Virus record (IMG/VR): IMGVR_UViG_3300025769_000189
Location: 1 to 49,983 of that record
DNA length: 49,983 bases
Origin: a virus
Lineage: Duplodnaviria; Caudoviricetes
Reading direction: 5' to 3' (one strand)
The notes under the pieces were generated by a model. That model was given only the letters and a program-made list of their open reading frames with translations, did not search any database and was not told the DNA's origin. This document shows, one piece after another, positions 34,592 through 43,693 of the stretch. How positions within the stretch are numbered: position 1 is the first letter of the stretch; the number at the start of each line of letters is the position of its first letter. Position numbers and translations under genes: made by a program.

Positions 34592-37464
34592 TAAATTTTC
34601 CTATTATTCATTGCAATTCCTTGCAATAATGGATCGTTACCTGCCAATGCAAGTCTTGAATTTTGATTTATTCGTGTAGGATTAAACATATTAGTTTTGT
34701 TTGTAGCACTCAAATTGTTTGTTGTCGATGTTGGTGTAGCTACTGGAGTTATATCTGGAGTATTTATTGGCGTTATATTAGCCGGTTGGTCAACAGGAAC
34801 TGTTCTATCTCCTACTCTTGCGCCAGGGATAATCATTCCCGTGCCTTCTAAAGTTTCTTCAGCATTCTGTCCTAAAATATTATTAATAGCTTCATTCATT
34901 TCACCTGTGCTAAGTTTTTTCATCTCCTCTAATTGTTCTTTTCCTACATTTAATCCTTTAGTTCTAAACTGTAACATATTAAATCTGTTGTCTAATTCAT
35001 TAGGTATGTCTGCATCAGTTCTAAATAATTCTCTAATAGCTCTTTGACTAGCTAACACTGCTGCTTGTATGGCTTTGTCTTTTTTAGTTCCGCCTGCTAC
35101 TGCATTAGCCGCAGTCCATTTTTTAAATGCTTCAGAATAAGAATCAGTAACCATTGGTCTAGCTAAAATTTGCGATGCTTTATAAAATGCAGTTACACCT
35201 AATAACGTTGCCATTGGACTTGCCATAGCTGCTGTACCACTTCCTGCAAGAGAAGCTGCAGGAATAAGAACTCTTACTAAAGAATCAGTTCCGCCTAACG
35301 CCGCACGTCTAGTTAAGAACGTACTAATATTCATATTTTTTCCATTAAAAAAAGTTCCGGCCGCATCTGCAAAATTTAATAATTCTTGAGCTGTTGGAAG
35401 TTTAGCTCCACTATCTGCTCCTAAATCTAATCCTTTAGTTAATGCATCTAATTTTCTTTTTAAAGGTTTACCTGCTTCATCTAATCCTAATGCTCTTTTA
35501 AAAGAAACAGAATCAAATGCTAAGTCATCAAAACTTTCAAAGAAGTCATCTCCTATGTTTGTTAATCCAGGTTTAGTTGTAGATTTAGTAAAAGAATTTT
35601 GAAAAGCATCAATTAGTTTAGATTTCATTACTCTTCCAAACATTTCTCCACCTAGTATTTGATGCAATCTTTCCATTGCTTCTGGAGATCTAAAATCTTT
35701 TAATGCAGAATCTAATAATTCATTTGCATATTTACTGCCTGGTTGTTTAATTTGATTTACATATGCAAACTTAGAATTCTTACCTAAAGCTTTAACTGTA
35801 GGATCTCCAAATAAAATCATCATGTTTTTAAATGATTGATCAGCATCTTGTAAAAGTTTGTCTGCATTTTTGTATAAATTAGGATTTGCTTTAACTAAGT
35901 TAGCCATATCTTCTTCCATGCCACGAAGTACATTTCTAGCAACTCCTTTCATTTCTACAGATAAATCTTTATTGTATAAAACATCTTGAGTTAAACCTAA
36001 CCTCATTTGTTTCCATTGTTCTGCTGTCATAGGAGCTCCTGCTTTCCATGGAGAATTATCTGCTAGTCCTCCATAGTTAGATAATTTTCGATACAAACTA
36101 TTTTTATATAAATCTTCTGGAGGTAATCCTAAACTTTCCATCCATTTAGCTCCTTCAATAGTTTTAGCTCGAGCGGCATTCCAAGCAATAGATGGGTTAT
36201 CTCCAAGAGCTTCATACCAAGCTGCATATTTACTATCTACACTTTGAGCAATTTCTTTTGTAATTCTTTCACGGACCGCTGACATATCATGTCCTAAGTC
36301 TGCTAATGAAAAAGTAGGTCCATTTAAAAATATTTTATCTTTAGCTGTATTAAATAATTGTTGTTGTTTTTCTGAAGTGTATTTAACAAAAGGACGTCTA
36401 AAAAAAGGTAATCTACCTATAACTTGAGGCATAGCTCTTATTATTTCATATCTAGATATATCAGAAATACTTGGTGTAATACCTGTAGCTTCTTTTATTG
36501 CTCTAGCTGTAGCTACTTCATTTTTACCTACACCAGTAACAATGTTTCTTACTCCTCCACCTAAAGCTTTAAATACAGGTCTAGCTGCAAAGAATCCTCC
36601 TTGGAACATTGCATCTACTTTAGCTTCATGTTTTAAATAATCTATTAACTTTTCTTTTGTAGGTCTGTTAATACCTTTTCTATTTCCAATAAACTCACCT
36701 AACTCATTATAAGTTGGCGTGTAGAGCATTCCTTTTCTATTTAAATCATTAAGAGTTAATTCATATCCAAGTAAACTACCTACATATCCAAGAGTACCCC
36801 CAATCATTCCACCTGCTAACATTCCCCAAGGTCCTCCAAAACGGCCAATACTTGCTCCTACTCTGGCTCCAGTTTTACCTCCTACTATGTTTCCTGCAGT
36901 ACCTCCAATAATTGAACTTATTAATTTGTAAGCTGGAAAAGGATTTGGCTGATCAGTGTTGTATAATTCATAACCTTTAATTGCTTTAGATTTTATTTTA
37001 TCCGCAGCTAATTCATTAGGACTGTATCCTGCTTTTGCAATAGTAGCATTAATCATATCTACAATTTCTTTATCTTCTTTTTTAAGCATCATTCCTTTAA
37101 CAGTAATTTGCTTAATTAAATCTCTCATTTCAGTTGGTTTCATTTTATGTTTATTAGGATCATAAACTTCTTCTTCCATAGACGAACCACTAAAACTTTC
37201 TGCTGATTGTGTACCTACATTTAAACCAAATATTTTTCTTGGGATAGGAATTCCTGCAACGTTTAATTGAGGAAGTTTCTCTCCTTTTTCTTTTACTTCT
37301 ACCTCTACTTTTTCTTTTACTTCTAATCCATCTTGAGCTTTTATCATTCCAGGTTCTTGTTTAGGATTACTTGTTGATGTAATTGCAGAAAGAGGATCAA
37401 CTCCTTGTTCTCTAAGCATCTCACCTGTTTGTCTTGCTATTACTAATTCTTCTAATGTTATCAT
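34591..37464 (-). CDS. Large ejection (DNA transfer) protein
   Basis: 957 aa, helical, with Gly-rich hydrophobic GG.AG...GA..G membrane segments. Confidence 0.7.
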   Translation of the reverse strand: MITLEELVIARQTGEMLREQGVDPLSAITSTSNPKQEPGMIKAQDGLEVKEKVEVEVKEKGEKLPQLNVAGIPIPRKIFGLNVGTQSAESFSGSSMEEEVYDPNKHKMKPTEMRDLIKQITVKGMMLKKEDKEIVDMINATIAKAGYSPNELAADKIKSKAIKGYELYNTDQPNPFPAYKLISSIIGGTAGNIVGGKTGARVGASIGRFGGPWGMLAGGMIGGTLGYVGSLLGYELTLNDLNRKGMLYTPTYNELGEFIGNRKGINRPTKEKLIDYLKHEAKVDAMFQGGFFAARPVFKALGGGVRNIVTGVGKNEVATARAIKEATGITPSISDISRYEIIRAMPQVIGRLPFFRRPFVKYTSEKQQQLFNTAKDKIFLNGPTFSLADLGHDMSAVRERITKEIAQSVDSKYAAWYEALGDNPSIAWNAARAKTIEGAKWMESLGLPPEDLYKNSLYRKLSNYGGLADNSPWKAGAPMTAEQWKQMRLGLTQDVLYNKDLSVEMKGVARNVLRGMEEDMANLVKANPNLYKNADKLLQDADQSFKNMMILFGDPTVKALGKNSKFAYVNQIKQPGSKYANELLDSALKDFRSPEAMERLHQILGGEMFGRVMKSKLIDAFQNSFTKSTTKPGLTNIGDDFFESFDDLAFDSVSFKRALGLDEAGKPLKRKLDALTKGLDLGADSGAKLPTAQELLNFADAAGTFFNGKNMNISTFLTRRAALGGTDSLVRVLIPAASLAGSGTAAMASPMATLLGVTAFYKASQILARPMVTDSYSEAFKKWTAANAVAGGTKKDKAIQAAVLASQRAIRELFRTDADIPNELDNRFNMLQFRTKGLNVGKEQLEEMKKLSTGEMNEAINNILGQNAEETLEGTGMIIPGARVGDRTVPVDQPANITPINTPDITPVATPTSTTNNLSATNKTNMFNPTRINQNSRLALAGNDPLLQGIAMNNRKI

Positions 37465-39708
37465 TTAATTTACCAGTTCGTTTGGTAACTCCATACCAAA
37501 ACTATTATACATTTCTTCTAAACTTTGAAACTGTACTTTTCCTCCAATGTCTTGTGAAACATCAGGATCTTGCAAATTCATTGTATCTCCTAGTTTAGGA
37601 TTACTTTGATTTACGTTAGCCCAGTTTAAATAACCTCCCATTACATTGTAATTTCCATCTACATATAATTTATTTTTGTTTATCTTATCCATTTCTGTTG
37701 CAGGATCATAAATAAAAGAAAGTTTATCATTATAATCTTCTACATATTTTGTAATATTATCATTAAGTTTTGCCATCATTTGTCTATCACCTGATTTATA
37801 AACATTCATAATATCCATGGCTTCTCTAATAACATCTCTAAGAAGTCTGTTTGATCCTTGAAGATAACGAGCTCTACCAAATGCAGATTTTTGCATTAAT
37901 GATTCCATTAAGTTAAGACCTTCTCTTCCTTTTAATTCATTAGCTGCTGTTTCCATTGTTCCAATGTAAGCTTTGTTTAAATTATATTCTTCTTCTGTTA
38001 ATGCATCAGGTCCACTAACTGCAAACATTTGATTATTGTATTGTTTCATTGCTTGTATGTCTTGACTAATACTTGCATGAATTCCTTCTGGAGTAAAGTC
38101 ATGTCCTGCAGCTGCCATAGAATCATAAAATTCTCTGTAATCATTTTCTCCTGATAATTCATTAAGAATAGGAACGCCTTCACTAACTCCTAAAAACTTA
38201 GCTAATGAATTTAATTTTTCTGCATTAACTTGTGTAAATTTACCTAACGCTGCACCATAACCCGCTTGAGGCTGATTACCTGGAACCATTCCTAAAGCTA
38301 CAAATTGCATCATTTGTGCATCGTTTTTAATATGCGCTTCTAGGAATTGCATACCGCTTACGTTTGCATTAAATGCTGTAGGATTATTTGCAAAAATACC
38401 ATTACCCATTGGACTTCCAAAATCTTCTTTTTTACCTGTAGTTTTATTTATAGAAAAAATAGGTAATCCTTGAATGTTTTCTGGAGTCTTAGCTAACTCT
38501 TCTTTTGTATGTTGACCTGCCGCTACGCTTTGTTCTGAAGGATACATCATAGACTTATAGTAATTTATTTCAGCTGGTGTTGTTATTTGACCCATAAAAG
38601 TACTACCACCTCTTAAAACACCGTTTGGTCCGTAATCAGTAGCATACACATTAAACAAATCTTGATACTCATAATCTTTTGCACTTCGTTTTTGTTGTGC
38701 TTCGTAAACTCCATAAGCTTGCAAGGCTAAAGCTCTGTCTTGTTCTTGTCTTTTTAAATCGTAAGCAATTAAAGTATCTGTTACTGGTTCAATAGCTTGA
38801 CCTAATTCTTCTAAAAATTTAGGCATAGCTCCTCGTCTATTACTTCTTGCTCTTAATAAATTAGCTCCAAATTTCATCATTAATAATTCTTTTGGTATTT
38901 CTTGTTCTGGCATTACTTTTAATAATTCTTCTTTAATTTTTTCTACTGCAGTTTTTGTTCCTTCTTCTGTTAATTCTGTTGTAGAAGCTTTAGCTTCTAA
39001 TTCTATTTCTCCGGCTCCTTTATCAAATATTTTTTGAGAGGACTCTGACGACACAGAGTTTTCATCTTCTGCTAAAATAGCTGCATCTTCTAATTGATTT
39101 TTAGAAATATTATTTGGTTCATTTAAACCAATTGACAAATTAGGATTTTGTTCTGCTTGTGATGTAATTGCAGCTTCTGCTTCTGCCATTGCATTCCAAA
39201 CATTTTCATTATAAGCTTGATCTTCATCTTGTGTTATTTGAATAGCCTTGTGCGCTGCTATTTCACCATCTTCTGTTGCTGTTGGAACATTAGTATTATT
39301 AACAGCTGCTGATTGATCAGGGTTTAATGTTTCTGTAGTTCCTGTTTTAGAAAGTAATTGTCTGTCTATTTGTTGTAAAGCAATATCATATCCTGTAGCA
39401 AAAGATTTTGATGTAGCATTACTCTTTTTTTGTATAATATTATTTTTAGCATTGGATAGTTCTTCAATAGACATATTCATAATGTCATCATAGCTAGGAG
39501 CTTCTACTCCTGACATAGTTACAACGTTATTGTATTGAGTTTTTTCTCCAGAAGTTTGTAAAAAATTACTAACAGGAGTAATAACATTATCTTTAATGTT
39601 TTGATAACTTTGTTCGGGGTTTAATTTTTTAGTGTAGTCATAATCTACACCTTTAAACTGACGCTCTTCTTCTGTTAAAGGAACTCCCGTTGTAAAAAAA
39701 GTAGCCAT
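37465..39708 (-). CDS. Putative ejection protein
   Basis: 747 aa; LMMKFGANLL segment followed by coiled coil; position in the ejection cluster. Confidence 0.65.
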   Translation of the reverse strand: MATFFTTGVPLTEEERQFKGVDYDYTKKLNPEQSYQNIKDNVITPVSNFLQTSGEKTQYNNVVTMSGVEAPSYDDIMNMSIEELSNAKNNIIQKKSNATSKSFATGYDIALQQIDRQLLSKTGTTETLNPDQSAAVNNTNVPTATEDGEIAAHKAIQITQDEDQAYNENVWNAMAEAEAAITSQAEQNPNLSIGLNEPNNISKNQLEDAAILAEDENSVSSESSQKIFDKGAGEIELEAKASTTELTEEGTKTAVEKIKEELLKVMPEQEIPKELLMMKFGANLLRARSNRRGAMPKFLEELGQAIEPVTDTLIAYDLKRQEQDRALALQAYGVYEAQQKRSAKDYEYQDLFNVYATDYGPNGVLRGGSTFMGQITTPAEINYYKSMMYPSEQSVAAGQHTKEELAKTPENIQGLPIFSINKTTGKKEDFGSPMGNGIFANNPTAFNANVSGMQFLEAHIKNDAQMMQFVALGMVPGNQPQAGYGAALGKFTQVNAEKLNSLAKFLGVSEGVPILNELSGENDYREFYDSMAAAGHDFTPEGIHASISQDIQAMKQYNNQMFAVSGPDALTEEEYNLNKAYIGTMETAANELKGREGLNLMESLMQKSAFGRARYLQGSNRLLRDVIREAMDIMNVYKSGDRQMMAKLNDNITKYVEDYNDKLSFIYDPATEMDKINKNKLYVDGNYNVMGGYLNWANVNQSNPKLGDTMNLQDPDVSQDIGGKVQFQSLEEMYNSFGMELPNELVN

Positions 39709-40655
39709 TATTTACCCATCATTTTATTAAATGATCCCAGACCTCCTAAGATTGTTGCGCCTGTTCCTAACATTTGAGAGAAAGGACTTCCTGCTTGTCC
39801 GTAATTTTGAGTATATTGATAGCCCATTGTAGAAGGAGCACCTGATAAAATATCAGACATAAAGCCATACATTTGCATAGGACGATTAATAGCCTGTAGT
39901 TGATTTGCTCTTTGCATATCAAGATAAGCTTGACCTTGTTGTTGCTGCATTCCTCCAACACCCATTAATTGACCTATACCAGAAGCAGATAATGCATTTT
40001 GCATTTGAGCTTGGTTTTGATAACCTTGATTCATTCCCATTCCAAGTGCACCTAATCCTTGAGCTCCTGCAAATTGATTTGCTTGTTGATTTTGAAAAGT
40101 GTTAAACGCTTGGCCCATTGCATTATTATAATTTTGAGCTGTTGCTTGTCCTATAGTATCAAAAATATTTCCTTGTATTTGTCCTTGTTGTATTTGACCT
40201 CTAGATCCACCATACGTTCCGCCCATAGCTTGTTGAGCTGCTGCTTGGTTTTGTGCCATTTGTCCTTGTTCATTAATTGCTGCCGTAATTTCATCTTGAA
40301 AAGGATTTAAATATTGTTTGTAAGATCCTGGATCAAATTGAGCACCTGCTGCTTGATTGTATAAAGCTCCGGCTTGATTGCCATAAGTACCTAAAGCACC
40401 AAGTCCCATAGCCATTTCCGGTTGACCTACTGCATCTCCTGTTTTTGTAAATCCTGTTGTTGGATCATAACTATAACCTTGAGAAGCATAAGCCATATTC
40501 ATAGCTTGTTGCTGTGCAGGACTAAATCCTGCTAATTGAAAATTAGGAAGAGGCTGTGCTCCTCCAACATAATCTTGTACGTTTTTAATAAGGTTTGTGT
40601 AACCTTCTTGTATATACTCAGGAGGTAATGCTTGTGTGATTTGTGTCTCAGCCAT
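39708..40655 (-). CDS. DNA pilot/ejection protein (Gln/Gly-rich)
   Basis: AGFSP.QQQA, Y.NP.Q, YGGSR, C-terminal SPFSQMLG.G...LG. Confidence 0.75.
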   Translation of the reverse strand: MAETQITQALPPEYIQEGYTNLIKNVQDYVGGAQPLPNFQLAGFSPAQQQAMNMAYASQGYSYDPTTGFTKTGDAVGQPEMAMGLGALGTYGNQAGALYNQAAGAQFDPGSYKQYLNPFQDEITAAINEQGQMAQNQAAAQQAMGGTYGGSRGQIQQGQIQGNIFDTIGQATAQNYNNAMGQAFNTFQNQQANQFAGAQGLGALGMGMNQGYQNQAQMQNALSASGIGQLMGVGGMQQQQGQAYLDMQRANQLQAINRPMQMYGFMSDILSGAPSTMGYQYTQNYGQAGSPFSQMLGTGATILGGLGSFNKMMGK

Positions 40656-41961
40656 ATCTTACACTCCCATCTTCTGCACCTTTAAAATTATATCCCATTT
40701 TATCAGCTATTGTTTTAGTTTCACTTCTTAACTTGTTCATCATTTCATGACCTTTTTCAGTGTCTCCTCCACCCATAGCATACAAAGTATACTCTGGTAT
40801 AATATGTTCATTATTACTTACCAACATATCACTTGTTTGTCCTGTGTTTCTATCAACTATTTTTCCTGGTATAATATCTTCCCGGCCGGTGCCAGGGCCC
40901 ATGATTTCTCCACCATAATTAAATTGTGCAATACCTCCGTTTTGTGCAGCTTTTGTTTGTCCTGCTTTTTCCATTACCATTTGTACTGCTTGTTGAAATT
41001 GTTGAGGACTAAGCTCGCCAGAATCTCTTAACATAGTTAATTGATCAATATAAATTTCTAATTCTTCTAAAGACAATATTCCTGACTCTTCCATAATACC
41101 TTGTGAACTTGGTAAGTTAGGATTAGGAACAATAAGTTGTTCCATTGGAGGGTTGTCTCTACCTCCGTTAGCATTTTTTTTAATTAACGTTGTTTTCATT
41201 TCTCCAGTTTCTGGATCTTTATAAGATTCTCCAAATTCATATTCACTTAAATCATCAGGTAAGTTAGGATTCATTTTTTCAAAAAGTATTTCTAAATCTG
41301 TTTTTAATCTTTTCTCAGGATGTCTACTATCTCTACCTCCATCTGCAAAAGCCATAATTCCTCCACCATCTCTCATAGCCCCAATGGATTGTAAGTAGCC
41401 ATAAATAGAAGAAGCTGGATTGCTTGGCATTGAACCATACAAATCATAAAACTTTTGATTAATACCTTTTAATGGATCATTGTCTGGATCGTATTTATAT
41501 TCTTTTGGAATTGCATCTTCTGGAAGAGGTGGTTCATCAAACAAACCTGCTGCATAAGCTGCGCCTGTTCCCAGTCCAACTAATGGAAGATAATCCATCA
41601 TTCCTTTTTTAATAGGATTACCTGCTTTATCTAATTTTTGAGCAGTGTCAAAAATGTTTCCACCTTCACCAATTAATCGGGAACCCATTCCTTCAAAAAC
41701 ACCTTTGTTTATAAATTTTTCAGGACCAAATAAACCTTTAGCATTAAATAATGGATTACTTGCTCCAAATGCTTTACCTCCAAAGTAGCCGCCAAGACCG
41801 CCTGCTATAGCTCCTTTAGATCCTCCACCAATTCCTCCAATTAAAGCTCCGAGACCGGCAGCCATACCTGGATTCATTCCAAAAGCACCTAACGCTAACC
41901 CTGCATATGGGGCAGCTTTCTTAGCAAACGATTTAACTTTTTTTACTAGATTCTTAAACAT
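40648..41961 (-). CDS. Internal virion protein with N-terminal Gly-rich TM region and C-terminal GG..GPGTG..D.IP domain
   Basis: Start reassigned to ATG 41961 (AGGAG RBS): MFKNLVKKVK...; six xxxG(G) motifs. Confidence 0.75.
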   Translation of the reverse strand: MFKNLVKKVKSFAKKAAPYAGLALGAFGMNPGMAAGLGALIGGIGGGSKGAIAGGLGGYFGGKAFGASNPLFNAKGLFGPEKFINKGVFEGMGSRLIGEGGNIFDTAQKLDKAGNPIKKGMMDYLPLVGLGTGAAYAAGLFDEPPLPEDAIPKEYKYDPDNDPLKGINQKFYDLYGSMPSNPASSIYGYLQSIGAMRDGGGIMAFADGGRDSRHPEKRLKTDLEILFEKMNPNLPDDLSEYEFGESYKDPETGEMKTTLIKKNANGGRDNPPMEQLIVPNPNLPSSQGIMEESGILSLEELEIYIDQLTMLRDSGELSPQQFQQAVQMVMEKAGQTKAAQNGGIAQFNYGGEIMGPGTGREDIIPGKIVDRNTGQTSDMLVSNNEHIIPEYTLYAMGGGDTEKGHEMMNKLRSETKTIADKMGYNFKGAEDGSVRYG

Positions 41962-42030
41962 ATCTCCTATTGCAATTATGAATTGTACTGTTTTGAGCAA
42001 GGAGGCTAGACTTGTGCATTATGCCTATTT
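41962..42030 (-). promoter_or_regulatory. Structured 5' leader (pseudoknot versus anti-SD stem)
   Basis: RNA AGGC...CAAG...GCCU.CUUG interleaved stems; CUCCUUGC is complementary to GCAAUAGGAG, which contains the SD. Confidence 0.5.
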
Positions 42031-42039
42031 AATCATACA

Positions 42040-42068
42040 ATTATAGTCAAAATATTGGTATAACACAA
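42040..42068. promoter_or_regulatory. Divergent promoters
   Basis: Minus strand TTGTGT-17-TATAAT; plus strand TGnTATAAC extended -10 at 42056-42064. Confidence 0.55.
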
Positions 42069-42076
42069 GAGCAATA

Positions 42077-42376
42077 ATGTCTAGTACAGAAAAGTTCGAT
42101 ATTACCAAATGTCCAATGGTTCGCATAACTTGGCTTGATGCCAGGGATCAGGAGACAGGATGGTTGTCTATTAAAGAAATACAAGAAGCTCCTTTAGCTG
42201 TGTGTCAAGAAGTAGGTTGGATGGTAGTAGAGAACATAGAAAAAGTTGTCATTATGCGTTCATGGTGTACGGACAAAGACGACAATCATGGAGGTGGAGC
42301 TATTGCTATACCTAAAGGTTGGGTAACAAAAATAGAATACTTGGAGGTTAGTTATGGAAAAGGAAACTATCATTAA
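42077..42376 (+). CDS. Conserved small beta-barrel-like phage protein
   Basis: V.ITW.DA....GW...C..VGW...G....IP.GWV..I. Confidence 0.8.
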   Translation: MSSTEKFDITKCPMVRITWLDARDQETGWLSIKEIQEAPLAVCQEVGWMVVENIEKVVIMRSWCTDKDDNHGGGAIAIPKGWVTKIEYLEVSYGKGNYH

Positions 42377-42388
42377 TAAAAAAATATC

Positions 42389-42496
42389 ATGGTAGAGTTA
42401 GTATTACTTACAATAATTTTAGCAGTTGTTATATTTATTGCGTTTATGGTAGGGGTGCAAGGACAACAAATTCACGATTTGTTAAAAAAAAAATAA
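42389..42496 (+). CDS. Small single-TM peptide, 35 aa (not in ORF track)
   Basis: MVELVLLTIILAVVIFIAFMVGVQGQQIHDLLKKK. Confidence 0.5.
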   Translation: MVELVLLTIILAVVIFIAFMVGVQGQQIHDLLKKK

Positions 42497-42588
42497 TGTC
42501 AAGAAAACAATTTTAAAAGTTTTCTTGCAAATAATATTCGAAATAAGTAATGTGGTTCTTACCCCAAAAATTTAAATAAGGAGATATT

Positions 42589-42777
42589 ATGACACAAGAA
42601 GAAGCATCTGCATCAATAGCATTTTTAGCAGACAAACTAGCCAACTACCACAGCAGACTTATTAGCGTGGAAAGAGAATTTAAAAAACATTTAGCAGGCT
42701 GTAAATGTCATAATGAAAAGTCAGATCATACAATGGTTTCTAATGAACCAGAAGAATGTGAAATGTGCGGTGCTTAA
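42589..42777 (+). CDS. Small coiled-coil protein with C-terminal Cys cluster
   Basis: AAGGAG RBS; AIAFLADK, CKCH, ECEMCGA. Confidence 0.7.
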   Translation: MTQEEASASIAFLADKLANYHSRLISVEREFKKHLAGCKCHNEKSDHTMVSNEPEECEMCGA

Positions 42778-43031
42778 TCGTACTTTATTTCGCCTTTAAA
42801 ATCTGGCAACTGTTGAACTTTAATTTCTACGTTTTGTTCTATATGATCTTCTTGAGTATCTGTAGTAGGATCAGCTACATCTTTTTTAGCTTCTTCCGGT
42901 GATTCATATTCTTTACCAGTTAATTTGTTTTTAACTTCTACAAAAACTTCAGGTTGTAAAATAGGTACTTCTTTACCATTAACCATTTGAACACCAATCT
43001 GTTTAGGTTCTTGTACTTTTTTAAATGTCAT
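42774..43031 (-). CDS. Hypothetical tail-module protein
   Basis: N..TG.EY.S.EEA..DV.DP.T.T motif. Confidence 0.7.
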   Translation of the reverse strand: MTFKKVQEPKQIGVQMVNGKEVPILQPEVFVEVKNKLTGKEYESPEEAKKDVADPTTDTQEDHIEQNVEIKVQQLPDFKGEIKYD

Positions 43032-43378
43032 GCCAATGCAATCTCCATTAAACTTACTAAAATAGTTACACCGTTTCCTGTAATATCTATCTTATCAAGT
43101 TTTTCTAATACGATCGGTTGAGACAATACTTCTTGCGTAGTTTCTGCGGCAAGAGAATCTTGATACAAATTTATGGATAAATTAGTATTACTACTATCAA
43201 CCATCAATACTTTTGTTGTAACCGCTCCTCCTGTAGGATTGGAAATTCTTATACTTTTTACTAAAGCTGTCGTAGGAAAAATAGGAGGCACTGCTCCTTC
43301 GTCCCCTTCAGGAACTGTGTAAACATTTTGTAAACTACCTGAACCTGTTTTAGAAAAACTTAAAAATTTATCAGCCAA
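43028..43378 (-). CDS. Small tail structural protein
   Basis: VYTVP...TALVKSI.I.N...PIVLE..D.I; beta-sandwich-like. Confidence 0.7.
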   Translation of the reverse strand: MADKFLSFSKTGSGSLQNVYTVPEGDEGAVPPIFPTTALVKSIRISNPTGGAVTTKVLMVDSSNTNLSINLYQDSLAAETTQEVLSQPIVLEKLDKIDITGNGVTILVSLMEIALA

Positions 43379-43538
43379 TGAACCAACTCCTTGCTGTAGA
43401 AGTATCTTTTAAATCTTCTTGATAACCAAAGTTTAATTGATTTATCATTTGTTCTAGTAATCTAATAAGAACATCAAACTGAGTCCTATCATATTCCATA
43501 GTTGCATTAGGTAATCTTGTTGTAGATATTTTAGCCAT
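43371..43538 (-). CDS. Small tail protein, 55 aa (not in ORF track)
   Basis: MAKISTTRLPNATMEYDRTQFDVLIRLLEQMINQLNFGYQEDLKDTSTARSWFIG. Confidence 0.75.
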   Translation of the reverse strand: MAKISTTRLPNATMEYDRTQFDVLIRLLEQMINQLNFGYQEDLKDTSTARSWFIG

Positions 43539-43693
43539 TAAGTTCCTACTTTCTTCTGAGCAATTTTATGTGACTCACTAAAAGTTTTTCCGTTTTTCAT
43601 TGCTTTTTTCATCATAGCCATATGTTTTGCACTATGATGTTTGCTATGTTTTTTTAAAGTATCTTTTTGTCTTTGTGTTAATTCTTTACCCAT
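43538..43693 (-). CDS. Small basic His/Met-rich protein, 51 aa (not in ORF track)
   Basis: MGKELTQRQKDTLKKHSKHHSAKHMAMMKKAMKNGKTFSESHKIAQKKVGT; TAATG-coupled at both ends. Confidence 0.75.
   Translation of the reverse strand: MGKELTQRQKDTLKKHSKHHSAKHMAMMKKAMKNGKTFSESHKIAQKKVGT

Noticed and set aside
41962-42030. Calling the leader a SAM-V riboswitch
   Set aside because: It lacks the recalled SAM-V core (UUGAAC...GC..AA...CUAAA) and the downstream gene is not metabolic; kept only as an unclassified structured leader.
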